Source: Catajapyx aquilonaris | Taxonomy: Eukaryota | Assembly: GCA_000934665.2 (NCBI GenBank) | Contig: KZ538137.1 | Location: forward strand, 62,001-126,000 | Direction: 5' to 3' | DNA: 64,000 nt | In this document: positions 50,301-63,377 of the stretch, one piece after another | Layout of the letters: every line of letters starts with the position of its first letter | How positions within the stretch are numbered: position 1 is the first letter of the stretch | Position numbers and translations under genes: made by a program | The notes under the pieces: model-generated | The model's input: only the letters and a program-made list of their open reading frames with translations | Databases searched by the model: none | Told to the model about the DNA's origin: nothing

Positions 50301-53300
50301 TTTGGAGATGTCAACAATGAAACCTGCTCTTTTGTTCATGGCATGTAATGGTTGAAATTGGGTTGGGTTTGCATCTCGGGTTGAAAGACAAGGCTATGGC
50401 AGTTTGGGTCACAGCTGATAAACAATTTTCTTGCTGTGGGCTGGGGAGTGGGTGCATTTCAGCACGCACACTAAAAGTTCAGTTGTCTTGGACATTTAAA
50501 ATCTTGCTGATATGCCCTAACACCAACAACAGTACCTGGTGGTGTCCTTTGACCCGGTATGTGCTATATGACGGGGAACACTGCTGGAATGCACCCATAG
50601 GGCAAACAACAGTACACATGATAAGTCTTTAGTGGCACATGCATGATGTGCCTGCCCAGGGGATGACTTGGCAGTTGCTGACTTTCAAATAATTTTTAAA
50701 GTTAAAAATAATCCCGTTGAGTTCATTTTTGGGTGAGAACTAACGTGTTTTTTTGTAGATTTCTTTTGTAAAGGGCAAAAAATTCTTGGAATTGCTAAGT
50801 TTTGTGTAAGTTAATGCAACTGTTTGTGTCCCGTCCCNNNNNNNNNNNNNNNTTTTTTTGCCCTAGTGGTAGAAAAGGGACAGATATCCAGCATTTCTTT
50901 GTGGAAAGTACTACATTTCACTGATATGTTTTCCCCCTCATTGCTGTGGTGTGACATGCAACACCTGTCCTATTGCTGTTAAACGAGATATGGAAGAGTC
51001 CAATGTTTGGCAGCGCAGTTGTACTAGGGATGGCTGCATATAGTTGTGATGCAGTAGGCATTATGTGAATTTTCCACTTCCTTACATTTTCCTTTCATTA
51101 GTGAATCTTACCATTGGTGGTATGAATCAGTACGGCATGTGCTTATCAAAGACTGCTTGGTTCCCTTTATGGCACATTCACACAGCCATAGGAACAGGGG
51201 AGAGTGTGTGATAGCTATTTTGGGTAGTAGTAGGGAACAGGATTTGGCATGACTGTAGATGCACTTAAGCCATAAGGCACAGAAGTAAACTGTTGGAAAC
51301 TTTTTGGTCAAGCAGATTCACGGTTGGATGCAAGACCTGTCACAGAGGAACACGTGATATTTTATTTAACAGATATATTAAAGTGTGGAAGTAAAATGCT
51401 ATGGTAAAGGCAAACTTCCCATAGGACAAAAGAAAGGAAATAAAAAGTTGTGTGAATGCACCATGAGAGGCTGAAATATGACCAGGCACTTCATATGAAT
51501 TTTAAAAATATCATCTTTCTAGACATCAACAAGTAATGAGTTGTCTTGTCATTACCAGATTGCAGCAAAAATAAACCCTGCAAATGCTGCGGGGGATAGC
51601 GGAGGGCAGAAGAGACCTTTAGAAGACGGGGCAGGTAAGAATATGAGTGTAATTGCACACCCTTATATATGCATTAATGTTTTAATGTAGATAAAAGTAT
51701 ATTTAGTAATGCCAAGTTACTTGAAGGATTATTCAGGATGGTATAAAACTCATAAATTACAGTATTATCTGCATCATCCAAATATAAGGTTATTGATATG
51801 CTCGGCAAGGGATGCAGAATAATAATTGTGAGATTGTTAGAAATGGGGAGGGATTTGCCACTGTACTGTACAAAATCAGGTATACACATTCTCATATAAC
51901 CACCCATAAGCACAAATAGACTGCAGTGTGTCTTATGGAATAATTGCAGGTAATTTTTACAATCTGTTGCTTATATTTTGATATTTGTTTTGGCACACCA
52001 TAGCCATTTACACTTTTGTGCCATAAAACCCTAAATCAATCAACAACCAGATGTACACTACACTTGACAGAAGAGTAACCAATACATTGTGAATGCTTGT
52101 TGTTTTAGCAGCAGATTTATCATTGGTTATTGGGGCGTTACACAGGTAGTTCTTGGAAATTTTACATTTCATGTGTTCTGAGTTATAACCAGTGTAAAGC
52201 CTGTTCCACAAATTCGGAGGAAGGATAAGCAGGTGGCAAGGGTGCGCTTGGGTGTGGCTTGGTGAGCGGAACCTGAGCAGTGGCAATTCACAAATTTGGT
52301 GGTGGTGCTGCGGGTGGAAACTCTTTAGCGTTGGGAATCCGCAAAGTCCAACTAGATGGACTTTGCGATTGCCACTGTTCAGGTTCCGCACCCCAAACCA
52401 TGCCCCCAAACGCACTCTTGCCGCCCGCTCAGCCTTCCCCCGAATTTGTGAAGCAGGCTTTAAGTTTTGTTGGAAAGATGAACACTTGTTTGAGGGTATT
52501 GGTACAATGGAATGCAAACTTAACCCTGTAATGCCCACTGGGTCATATCTGGCACACAGTTTAGTGCAATTTTTGCAATTTTTGCAATTTTTATATTTCC
52601 TGTAAGTGCCAAATTGCACTAAATGGTGTGCCAGATATGATTACAGGGTTAACGACAGGTGCTTCTTATTATGATTTTTAAGCTAGTGTCATGAAACTAC
52701 CATTTGATTGGCATAGGAGCAATTGGGCAAGAAATTTTTATTATGAAAATGTGTCAGATAATGTTCAGTATGCCGCTTTGTTACAATTTTTACAAAAAGT
52801 TTCAGACATTTTACAAGGAAGTCAAGTTCTGTAGCATTGGATCTAATTACTTTGGGCAGCTCAAAAAAGGAACCTGCACCTGCTAAATTTGAAAAGCCAG
52901 GCTCAGACTTAAACATTAATATTTAACCCACTAATATTTTTTGGATGGACATAATTTTATAATTGCTGGAATAACCTTTTACTGCATAACATATCGTTCG
53001 TGCAAGTCTAGCAAACACCCAAAAAGTTGGCCGGTATCAAAACACTTCTGTTGGCTGTATCAGTGTGAAAATGTGCCTTTAAGATAACTGGGATGATAGC
53101 CAAGACTGGACACCCCCACCCACAGAGCCAGATCCCAAGAAGTTGGCAGCCATCAACGACCCGTACGGAGCCCAGCTGGCAGCCATGAGACAGCAGCAGC
53201 AAGGCGTACCTCGTGGTGGTGGGGCAGGAGGGGGGGGAGGTGGTGGAGGTGGAGGAGGAGGAGGAGGGCCAGGTGGGCCAGGTGGGCCAGGTGTAGGGAT

Positions 53301-56300
53301 GGGCGGGCCTCCTGGGCCAGCTGGACCTCATCTGGGTCTTGGAGCCATGCAGACTGAGGAGATACGTGTGCCAGACAAGATGGTTGGGCTGAGTGAGTGC
53401 ACTTTTATACTCTCTGTCTCTCTGGTAGTATCCACATTCTCAACAAAATATTTGTGTGAGTGGTTTGAGGGAAAGTATAGCATGGAAGAAGTAGCTTTGA
53501 GCTAGAGTCGCACTCTAGAAGGCAGCAAACGTCAGTGGATGATAGATGACACATGACTGGCAGGGTACCACATCAAGTTGTCGTATTATTTCAAAGTGTT
53601 TTACAATCACGGTCTTGTACAATAAACAGGCCACGCAGCTCCCTTCTCCTTTGAGTGAGCTTAGATGTATACCGATTTGGCACTGTCGTCACTCTACGGA
53701 GCATTAGTTCTGGCCATGTTCGGGTGGCTGGTGGACGCGACACTGTGAATGTGCTACAGACTGATCCAGGTCCAACACAGTTTCAGTCTCGTCATTACAT
53801 CTGAAACGCAATTCATATGAATTGAGAATCAGGTTACTCTTGAATAGTTTTGCTAGTAAAAAAGTGGAATGCATGAACTATAACCAGTAAATTATAGAAG
53901 CAAACTGTTGTGACATACCGTAAAACTTGTACAAGTCGAACTTCCCTAAGTCAAACTTCTCTAAGTCGAAGAAAATTATGAGTTTGGTTGGTCACAATGT
54001 AAAATGATAGGAAATTAACTTTCTTAACTCTAATTTATACAGGGTGGTCGGTAAATGGCGCACAAGCTTCAGGTAGCGAGATTCTTTGTGAAAAACCAGT
54101 ACAGTAAAACCTCTGTAAGTCGAAGTTCTCTATAAGTCGAAGAAAATGATGCGCTTGGTTGGTCACAATGTAAAATAATAGGAAATAAACTTCCCTAACT
54201 CGAAGTTCTCCATAACTGGAAGTGCAGGCAGGGCCTTACCACAGGATATCAATGCATTTTCAGTCTCCCTAAGTCGAAGTTCATGTTGGCGAGTAAGGAA
54301 AATTTTCTCATTTCCCAGCCGAAGGGTAGAGTAGGCTACATGTACAGACAGGCTCAATTTCATTATATCCGTCTACCAGATGTACCGAAAGAAGTGTTTA
54401 CTCGATTGTGACAATTGAATCCTTGAATCTAAGAGTAGGCAAATGTCCATAATGAAGTTTGTTTTTACACCAAAACAACGAGGAACATTGTAAGTGTGAT
54501 AGTGACAGTTATTTTAAAGTTTTGAACACCTTTTGTCGCTGGATATAAAGGTAGGCTTCCTTATAGAGTTCTGTGCTAAAAAAAAAAGCCAAACGTCTCT
54601 AACTCGAAGTTTTTCCCCGGTCCCGTGGAGATTCGACTTATAAAAGTTTTACTGTATATGGAAGTGAAGGTCATATTCCTCTATGAGGCCTGGTTAGGGC
54701 TCACAAGCCCTCCAAAGTTTGGGCCAAATCATGACGTCACATACGCCCGCGAAATTCAAACACTACCGTACGCGGCGTGTTGCTAGGCGTTGCCATGTTG
54801 ACACCCCCCACATGTTCACCAAATAATGGAACCGTATAAACTCACGGGGACGACGGTATGGCAATGTCTGGCATTCAAATGCTGTACCCTGCAAAGATCT
54901 GGCAGCCGTCGTATTATGTGAACTGCGGTTAGAAGGTGAACAGCTAATTTTGGCGGCTCAGACTTGCATGACAAGGAACTGGCCCTCATTCTTTTCAATA
55001 TTGTGCACTGTTATCAAGCACTGGTGTCTCGTTTTTAGTGACTGCCTGGGGTTGTAAAGTGTCATCGGGTTTTGTTATGGATTTACATTTGTTCAGCATT
55101 CCTCATTACAGGAATGTGCGTTACTGACTTTCTTTCATCCTTTCTTGCATGTTAGTAATTGGCAGGGGTGGTGAGCAGATAAGCCGCCTTCAGAATGAGT
55201 CCGGCTGCAAGATCCAGATGGCTCCAGACAGTGGTGGTCATATGGAGAGGCCCTGCACACTGACTGGAACTAGGGATGCTATCAGGTACGCTGACATTGC
55301 TATTTTGTGGTTAAGTAAAATTTGACGTTCTTCTTTGAGCTCAGGTGTTCTTTTACCATTTACAGCAGAGCCAGAGATCTGATAATGGGCATAGTCCACC
55401 AGCGCAGTGGAGCTGGAGGTGGAGGAGGTGGTGGTGGAGGAATGGGTCCTGGAGGTCCAGGAGGTGGGCCTCCTGGAAGAGGGGACCGTGACAGGGACAG
55501 GGACCGAGGAGATCGAGACAGAGACATGGGGCGTCACATGGAAATGGATGGGAGAGGGATGGGATGGTGGAGGGGGACCCCCAGGTGGTGGAGGTGGGGG
55601 TGGAGGAGGAGGGGGTGGGGGTGGAGGTGGGGGTGGACAAGCACAAGTGGAGGTTATGGTCCCTGGTCCAAAGGTTGGACTCATCATAGGGAAAGGTGGG
55701 GAGACCATCAAGCAGCTGCAAGAGAAAAGTGGGGCCAAGATGGTTATAATTCAGGAGGGACCTCAACAGGAACAGGAGAAACCACTTAGGATCACTGGGG
55801 ATGCTGCCAAAGTTGAGGTGAGGAAGTTGCATAACTTATTATTACGGCTACATTCTTTCCTTCAGCCCTTGAAACCCCTCCAGCCAGATGGGCCCATACT
55901 GTCTGATTGAATATGGTGCCTTGACAGTAGGCAACATTTGGCACTTGATCAGCTAAGAAAATGTAAAATAAAATGGAAACCAACTTGAGAAAAGCTCATT
56001 TCTCTTCTGGGAACATTTATGCTGGAGAGAAATGTGCCACATTGATAATAGCAATTTTCTTCACCATCTGTTGAACAAAATAGTAACCTATGACAGCCAC
56101 CACACTTGATTCTATGAGCTAAGGAAGTTGCTTTGCATGACCTATTTTTGTTTATTGAAAGCAGGGCATCTTGTAGGACTGTGACATTGATTTCCTGTTC
56201 AATATTCGCTTGCTTTCACAGTATGCCCAGCAGTTGGTGTATGAGCTGCTAGCTGAAAAGGAAATGCAGGTAAGAATGTGTATTTAATGATGCATTTATA

Positions 56301-59300
56301 TTATTATGGGTGTTGAAGAGAAAACCAAGGGAAAAAAACACTACTTTCGTACAAACAGCAGCCATTTTCACGTGGAGGCCCACGGGGCACAGGCTACAAT
56401 GATTATGGTGGTGGTGGAGGCCAAGATATGCTTGAGGTTCGTTCACAAGACATTAAGAAATTTTTTATCTTTCTTATTAGTTGTGTGGTAGAGTTGAATA
56501 TGATACTGGTTAGTCTTGGTCTGAAACACTGCTTTTTCTTCCAATTTTTTTAAATTCCCAAATTCCTCCCATTTTTTTTTTTTTTTTTGTACCTTACATC
56601 CTGGAACACAAAACTGGTGATAATAGGTGGCAGTCCCAAGAGCTGCTGTGGGAGTGGTAATTGGCAAAGGAGGAGACATGATAAAGAAGATCCAGAATGA
56701 GACTGGTGCCCACATACAGTTCCAGCAGACTAGGGATGATGGACCTGGAGACCGAATGTGTGTCCTGACTGGAAAGCCCAACCAAGTGCAGGAAGCACGA
56801 CATCGCATTGAGGAGCTCATAGACAGTGTACTGGTAAGTATTGGCTACACTGCTACAGTGTCATTTAAAAAGTGGTGTGAATCCTTTTCTCTCCAATTAA
56901 TACCGTGGTTTCTAAATTGCCGGGAGTTGAAAATTTTAAGTGTATACAGGATACATGGTAGAATTTCAGAACAGGCAGGGAAAGGTTTGACAGATGGTTC
57001 TGAAACTCTTGAGAACACAATAGTAATGTTTGCTTGCCACAGGTGAATTTTAATGATTATTGACCTTGCGAATGCTCAATGTTAAAGCTAATGCTACTAA
57101 TGTAAAGATCATGCAGCCTTCACAGTTGGCAGATAGGTGAAAAGGTGCACCCGGCATTCATAACTTTTCTTGGAAGTTTGAATATTTCATATTGCAATCA
57201 AGTAGAAGGGAAGTTGCAAATGTGATTGTGTTCAGATGATGCTCTTTAAGCCCATTTTATGAATTGCTTCTGCGGTTAATAAAGCGACATCACAATGCCA
57301 GACTGCAAGCAAAGCGCACAGCAGACCAATTTATTAAAAGACAAAGAGCAGGACACAGCCTCGTTTTGCTGCCGGATGAGCCAGCTACTGACTTCAAAAT
57401 CTCTAGACGCCCGACTGCATACTGCCGAGTTGAGCCAATCAGCTGTCCCGTCGAGTCAAGTGACATTCATGCCTTTCTCACCAAGTCCCTCACCACCTTT
57501 ATTTCCCTGTCCACTAATGTTCCGTCCTTCTGCCTCCGTCCCGTATGTGGTTCAGGACTCTGCCCTCACCCGGCTCACCACCCCGGAGCCCACCTGGAGC
57601 CCAGGTTGGCCTAGCGCGCATACCTTTCCGACCCTGTCCTTCTCATACTTTGCCACGAGTGGCAACCTTTTCATCAATTGACATACAGTAGGAAGCGGCA
57701 TTCTGCTGCCCACCCATATGCAGTGGCAACTTGCAGTTCGGCTGTGAAGTCGCTTTATGAAGCGCAAAGGCAACTCGTAAAATGGTCTTTAGGGAATCTG
57801 AGTTGCATGTGACTAATTAGGGGGNNNNNNNAGATGTGAAAAGGTGAAAAAGAGTAGTAATCATAGATAAGGAACAACCAAGCATGTGAAGCTAAATCAA
57901 CATTCATTCAGCACAAAAGGGGATCCTTCTCACAACAGGATTTTCATAGCTCAAGCAATTGATATCAGAAAAACCAGCGTAACATACCAAAAACTACCAT
58001 TATTGGGGACAACAACCACCACAAAAAATTGGGGTCTTTCTTTGGGAGAAAAGCAGGTGGATGAGAAGAGTTTTCATACATTTCTCTTGTTGTTCTCGCA
58101 GAGAAGAGACAGTGAGATGGGTCGAGGGCGTGGCCGTGGTGGTCCTCCAGACCGTGGCGGCCCCCCTGGCCGGATGGATGACCGTGGGATGATGGGAGGT
58201 GGAAGGGGAAGGGGTGGTGGAGGCGGAGGGGAGTATGGCCCAGTGTCCGGTTGGGATCAGCGTCCTGGTGGGATGGACCGCCACCGACCACAGGACAAAG
58301 CAGAAATTACCTACTCAGTCCCTGCAGTCAAGTGTGGGATTGTGATAGGGAAGAGTGGGGAGACCATCAAGGCCATAAATCAGCAGTCTGGGGCATACTG
58401 TGAGCTGGACAGAAGGCCTGCACCCAATCCAAATGAGAAGGTCTTCATCATTAGGGGGACTCCCGACCAGATTGAGCACGCAAAAAGACTGATCAATGAC
58501 AAGATTGGGATGGTCAGTTGCGTTACACCAATACAATGTACAAGTGCTGGGTGATGGATTTAATAATGTCCTTTTTTATTGCGGCAGATGCCGATGGCTG
58601 GGCCAGGAGGGCCACCTGGACCGGCTGGACCGGGAGGAGCAGGTGGGCCACAGGGGCCTGGGGGTCCACCCCCAACGCAGTACCCCATCGGACAAGGGCC
58701 AATGGGGTGAGTTCTGGTTCATGGCCTTCTTGCTTGTGAACTAGGTTTTGTAGAGTTGCATTGAAGGACACCAATGTGGGCATAGAAGCTTCCCAGACAT
58801 AAAGCTGAATCCTTGAAGCTTACAGGTCTGTGCTATTTTCTGACAGCATCTGAGACGATCACAAGAGTGAAAGCTCTGAATTTCATGTGATGGTGATGCA
58901 TGCTGAAAGGTGGTGGTACAGACTTACAAGCTACAAGGAAGCAGACTAGATTAACTGACAGCAAATAATGTGGTGTAACTCATGAAGCTGAACTTGTCTT
59001 CACCAGACCACATGGTCCACCACAGCCATACGCTCCCCAGGGATGGACCAACGCTTATCAGCATTGGCAGAACCAGAACCACCCCAACGACCCAAGTGAG
59101 CACCCTCCTTTTTTTGTAAGCTGCCATTAGCAGCATAATAATGAGAGCTCTCTTTGTTACTTACAGCAAAGCAAGCAGCAGATGCGAATGCTGCAGCTTG
59201 GGCTGCCTATTACGCGCAGTACTATGGGCAGCAGGGGCAGCCTTCCAGTAATCCACCTGCTGGTTTGTAAATTATCTGGCATTGTTTAGATTTGTACTCA

Positions 59301-61091
59301 GATTTGTACCCAGAATGGAAAAATTACTGATAAGGTTTGAAAATTCTTCAACTCATTATTATTGCTGTAATTTGAGCAATTGTTTTTAAGTATTCTGCAT
59401 CCTTATTTTTGTAAAAAAAAAAAAGAAGAGTAATTTATAGTGATAATTAAAGAGACTTTAATTTCTTTCAAGGTAACCAAGTGTCGATCAACCCAGAGAC
59501 TGGCCAACCTGACTACAGTGCCCAGTGGGCTGACTACTATCGCTCTCTAGGCATGCATCGGGAGGCGGAAATGATTGAGCAGCAGTCCAAGGCTAACAAG
59601 GTTTGCCCCTGATTGACAGCAAAAAAAAAAGACAAAATAGCCACCTGCTTTAAAAGGATGGCCAAACTTTTTCACTCCTCTCTTTTACAATAGTTTTTTT
59701 GTTACATTTTTGGGCCTCATCCCCTCCCTGTATTTTCAAACATTGGCTGGTCTCGTAAATGTGAAGAAAAATAGCACATATGAATGCTGTTTCCATTGAG
59801 AGCTTAGTTGAAAACTTGTTTTTTGTGAGTGTGTGTGTATGTGTGTGGCTTGGTAAGAGTATGAATGGCTGTTACTAAGTTGCTCCACACTGATTTTTTA
59901 GACATTGCAGACTACTGTATTTAAAGAAGTTAAAAATGTCTTTGGCTTTGTACATGAACTACCTTGGGGCCCCAAGAAACTCGAGTTAAAAATTTAATGC
60001 GTTTCTATTTTGTATCAGAACGGTGGGTGTCCTAAGTGCCTCATAAATCCTGAGGCAGATATGCCGGAATCCCATTTGTTCTTTGTAGTTATAAAAAGCT
60101 GATTAAACTTGCATTAGCTCGTTATTCTTTGGGAACAACCTTTGCTAATCTCTTGCAACCTTCAGCATGGATGCATTGCAGCTTTAAGCTTGGACTGAGG
60201 GAAATCATATGTTGAGTTAATTCAGATTTGTTACAGTTGGACGACAGATTTGTGATTATTGCAAACATGTGAAAGAAATGTAACAAATGTTAACGAGTAA
60301 CTGAACATATGAGAAGGCTTTTTTGAATCTCCCTGAGCAAGAAATTGGCCACACTGGTGACTGAAGTGCATGGAATTCTGCAGACACAAGACTTTTTCTG
60401 AGATAAGTGGTTGGGTTTAACCCAGATACGTAACATGAATATGGGAGGGAGCGATGAAGTGCCCACTGTTCATTTGAGCCAGGCAGGAATATGAAAATGA
60501 TCCCTACTCAAACAGCTGTTTCCACATTTTCTAGAATTTGCAGTTGATCAGTTGATTTTGCATACAAAACAGTTGCTTCCATACTTCATTGTGAGATTAG
60601 TTGTGAGATGAGTTAGATTAGACTTTGATGTTGATTGTTGACTATTTTGGGAACCATTGAATGCTCTCAGGTTTTCCAAACGGGATGCCATCTCAGTAAG
60701 TGGCCCACCATTTCTCTTGAACATCTGCATGTTCTGTTTAATGTGGCAACAGTCTGGTAATCCTAGCGAAAGAGGGAACATTGTGGAGATAGGTTCTAAT
60801 TTTCACGTGGGGTTCCATTGGGGGAGGCCCAGCAGAAATAGTGGCTTTTAAGTTTGAGATCAGGATCTAAGGTTTGCTCTCTTTTTTTTTTTTTCCTACT
60901 ACTTTTTGCAGGCGGTACCAGGGGGACCAGGCCAGTCACAGGGGGGCAGTCAGCAGCAGCCTCCGGCGGCTGCTGCGCCAAGCAGTCAGAACGGTCAACC
61001 TGACTACAGCGCCCAGTGGGCTCAGTACTATCGCTCCATTGGGAAGATCAAGGAGGCAGAGGCTATCGAGGCACAGATGAAGGCCAGCAAA
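46575..61091 (+). CDS. far upstream element-binding protein / KHSRP / Psi-like (4 KH domains plus C-terminal Tyr-rich repeats); 3' end not identified in the window
   Basis: Exons 46575-46658, 51559-51634, 53126-53392, 55156-55285, 55366-55817, 56222-56269, 56359-56436, 56627-56833, 58102-58512, 58588-58706, 59007-59095, 59167-59262, 59473-59600, 60912-61091. [15 protein letters not shown], four KH GxxG loops (IGRGG, IGKGG, IGKGG, IGKSG), AAWAAYY and two [11 protein letters not shown] repeats. Confidence 0.93.
47284..47313 (+). repeat. (AAT)n microsatellite
   Basis: About 10 tandem AAT units. Confidence 0.9.
47958..48655. mobile_element. Kolobok-like non-autonomous DNA transposon
   Basis: TTAA target duplication; purine-starting termini AGG...CCT; ~60-bp TIR AGGAAAGGTTCAGTGATTTTGCATGTTGGGCTTCAA. 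Confidence 0.8.
49013..49667. repeat. long foldback inverted repeat (arms ~300 bp, loop ~35 nt)
   Basis: Left arm 49013-49331 is reverse-complementary to 49366-49667, e.g. CCATGGTCTACCATCTCTTTGGACCAAAAAA / TTTTTTGGTCCAAAGAGATGGTAGACCATGG. Confidence 0.85.
50838..50852. other. assembly gap (other Ns at 26528 and 57825-57831)
   Basis: Run of N. Confidence 0.95.
52197..52460. mobile_element. palindromic MITE-like element
   Basis: ~95-bp imperfect arms AAGCCTGTTCCACAAATTCGG... / ...CCGAATTTGTGAAGCAGGCTT, TA flanks. Confidence 0.75.
52524..52648. mobile_element. piggyBac-type MITE
   Basis: TTAA|CCCTGTAAT ... ATTACAGGG|TTAA with internal inverted repeat TCATATCTGGCACAC / GTGTGCCAGATATGA. Confidence 0.8.
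54102..54654. mobile_element. pogo/Tigger-like MITE, preceded by a truncated copy of its left end at ~53917-54030
   Basis: TA|CAGTAAAACCTCTGTAAGTCGAA ... TTCGACTTATAAAAGTTTTACTG|TA; repeated (A/C)AGTCGAAG motifs; TTGGTTGGTCACAATGTAAAAT present in both copies. Confidence 0.8.
57249..57788. mobile_element. PIF/Harbinger-like MITE
   Basis: TTA flanks; ~60-bp imperfect TIR AGCCCATTTTATGAATTGC...ACTGCAAG / CTTGCAGT...GCAACTCGTAAAATGGTCT. Confidence 0.7.
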
Positions 61092-61978
61092 GTTAGTTCA
61101 TGAACAGTGGGTTTCACTCTACACAAAAATGGGGGTCATAGAAGGAGAAAAGAAAAAGTAAAAAAAAAAAAAAAGTAAAAAAAATCATTGCCTACATGTA
61201 CACCCACACAAGTTTTTTTTGTACTTGATGTTTATTTTATTGTCGACTTTTTTTTGTGATAACAGAGCTTGGAGCTCTGCAGACGCCTTTTTTATGTTTA
61301 TGAAATAATAGTGATTTACACCCCCTCTATTTTATTTTTTATTTTCCATCCAATTGCTGCATGGGAAGATAAGTTTTCATCACATTGGGAACTTGCCATG
61401 AATAAGAACACCATGACAAAAAAGCATGAGAGGATTCAATGCTTCATATGGGCTGGCTAAATTTCATTCCCAGTGAACCTGTCAGATTTCAGTTGTTTTC
61501 CTATGCCTTGGATGATGTGAGCATATGGAAGACACTGGTTTTTAAGTAAACAGCACACGCGAAGTTACAGGTTCACATTATCAAGATGCACAAATTAACA
61601 AATATGATTGGGAATTATTGATCAGTATTAATACACCTGCCAATAGTAAGATTAGTTCACAAAGTTCTTGAACCTTTGCAGTTGGAACTTTAATGATTGG
61701 GATGAGGGAAAATGTAAAACTGCATTACTGGAACAAAACATAGGTTTAAATTGTGACACAGTACTCTTAAGCACAAAATAAATTGTCTTATTGTTGAGGT
61801 CTATAACATTATTAAACAAAATTTCAAGATCCCAATCACTGGAAGATCTAACAGCACTTTTCAGGACAAGGTTGGCAGTGCTGTATTTGGATGGAATATA
61901 AGAGAAGAATTCCAGATTTTGCCAGATTTTTTCTGAGGGAGTAATAAACTTACTGTGGTGTCAGCTCCTGGAAACTTA

Positions 61979-62824
61979 GGCCGGAATCGTGGTGGCTCGC
62001 GCATGTATGGTCCTGCAAGTGATGTCACGCCTGTAAACATGGCTGCCAGTAAAGGGACCATATATCTAAAGGAGAAGTCCATCGTGGTGACCTCCTGTAT
62101 CGGCTCTTTAATCGGCCGGACTCAACCCCCAGATATCACTTGCAAAGCCTGGTATCTGTGACGCAATGGGTTCTAACAACCAATCCCGGAACAGGCTTCT
62201 CGCGCGGGTTGGGTGTGTAGGTGGGGGCAAGGGTAGGGGTTTCTCTGTCAGGTTAGGGGGTTGGAGAATCAGACGCAGCGGGCAGTTGTGATTGTTGCAC
62301 CACTACTTTTAAAAATCCATCATGTTGCATAGGGTGGTAGGAAGTAATTATTTTTCATGAGGTCTTTAGGTGCGCAATGTGATCCGTGTGACCGGCGGTA
62401 CAATAAATCCTTCCCAACTATACAATGAGCATCCAAACTGGCCCTCAGGCTGCCCCTGGGTGCACCCCACACCATTGCAGTGCATTCAGCTGGGGATGTG
62501 ATGATAAATCCAACATTACATAACTGAGAACGCACATTCAAAGTGGCCCCCTGGCAGCCCCCAAGCCCCAGGCCTCCCCCGGGCACTCTCCCCCCCAACC
62601 TGAAGCAAACCCTGCCCCACCGAAACTCCCTGGGGGCCTGAAAAAGCCCAGGGCCAACCCTCCCGTAAGTCCTATGGAATCTAGAGAGGTCCCGTGGATT
62701 TGCAGGATGATTTCAATCGCGCGCCTCCCGTAACTTTTCACCACGGTGGCGTCCGTCGTCTGTACGGGAGTTACGTCACAATTTACGCCCCTTCAGACTT
62801 ACGCGAGCCACCACGATTCCGGCC
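61979..62824. mobile_element. PIF/Harbinger-like MITE
   Basis: TTA|GGCCGGAATCGTGGTGGCTCGCG ... CGCGAGCCACCACGATTCCGGCC|TTA, perfect 23-bp TIR. Confidence 0.85.
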
Positions 62825-63166
62825 TTAATGTGCCAGTCTCTGCAGTACAGTAGTCGGTTGACATGTTTCAACTGCCGAGGTAAAAAAAAGAGTACAATTT
62901 TGAAGTTGTCTACAATTTGTAACTCAAAGAAGATCAAAGAAATAATGTAAGGCAGTGGTTGAAGCTACAAGCATTTTTGAGAAATTACTTGTGAACTGTG
63001 TTTTCAAAGTAGACCGTGAGATTGAGGATTGGCCAATCACATGATATGATGCTGCTTTTGATGGGTTTTACAGTACCAGGAAAAGTTACATAAAAATAAG
63101 TGGGAATTATCAGATGAGGCTAGAATTGGCAAAGTAATTTTTGGAATAAATTTTGGAAAGCATATC

Positions 63167-63377
63167 GTTTATCTGCACCTAGCGACGAGGCGGGGTTGGG
63201 AAGGTGTGGTGGACTCCAAACATGTTGGCTACGTGTTGCAAACAATCGGTTGCCAGGAGAGCACAACAACGGGCGTCTTCTTACCCAAGGCACCCGATTG
63301 TTTGCAACGCAACGTTGCCAACCGTCGGGAGGCCCCCCGCGCCCAACCCCGACCGCGTTGTTAAGGTGTGGATAAAC
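63167..63377. repeat. two-tier imperfect hairpin
   Basis: Outer GTTTATCTGCACCT...CGGGGTTGGG / CCCAACCCCG...AGGTGTGGATAAAC; inner GTTGCAAACAATCGG / CCGATTGTTTGCAAC. Confidence 0.7.

Noticed and set aside
52008..52619. 203-aa minus-strand ORF
   Set aside because: Spans two MITEs in a FUBP intron; no protein signature
55238..55832. Poly-Pro ORFs on the minus strand
   Set aside because: Antisense shadow of Gly-rich FUBP codons
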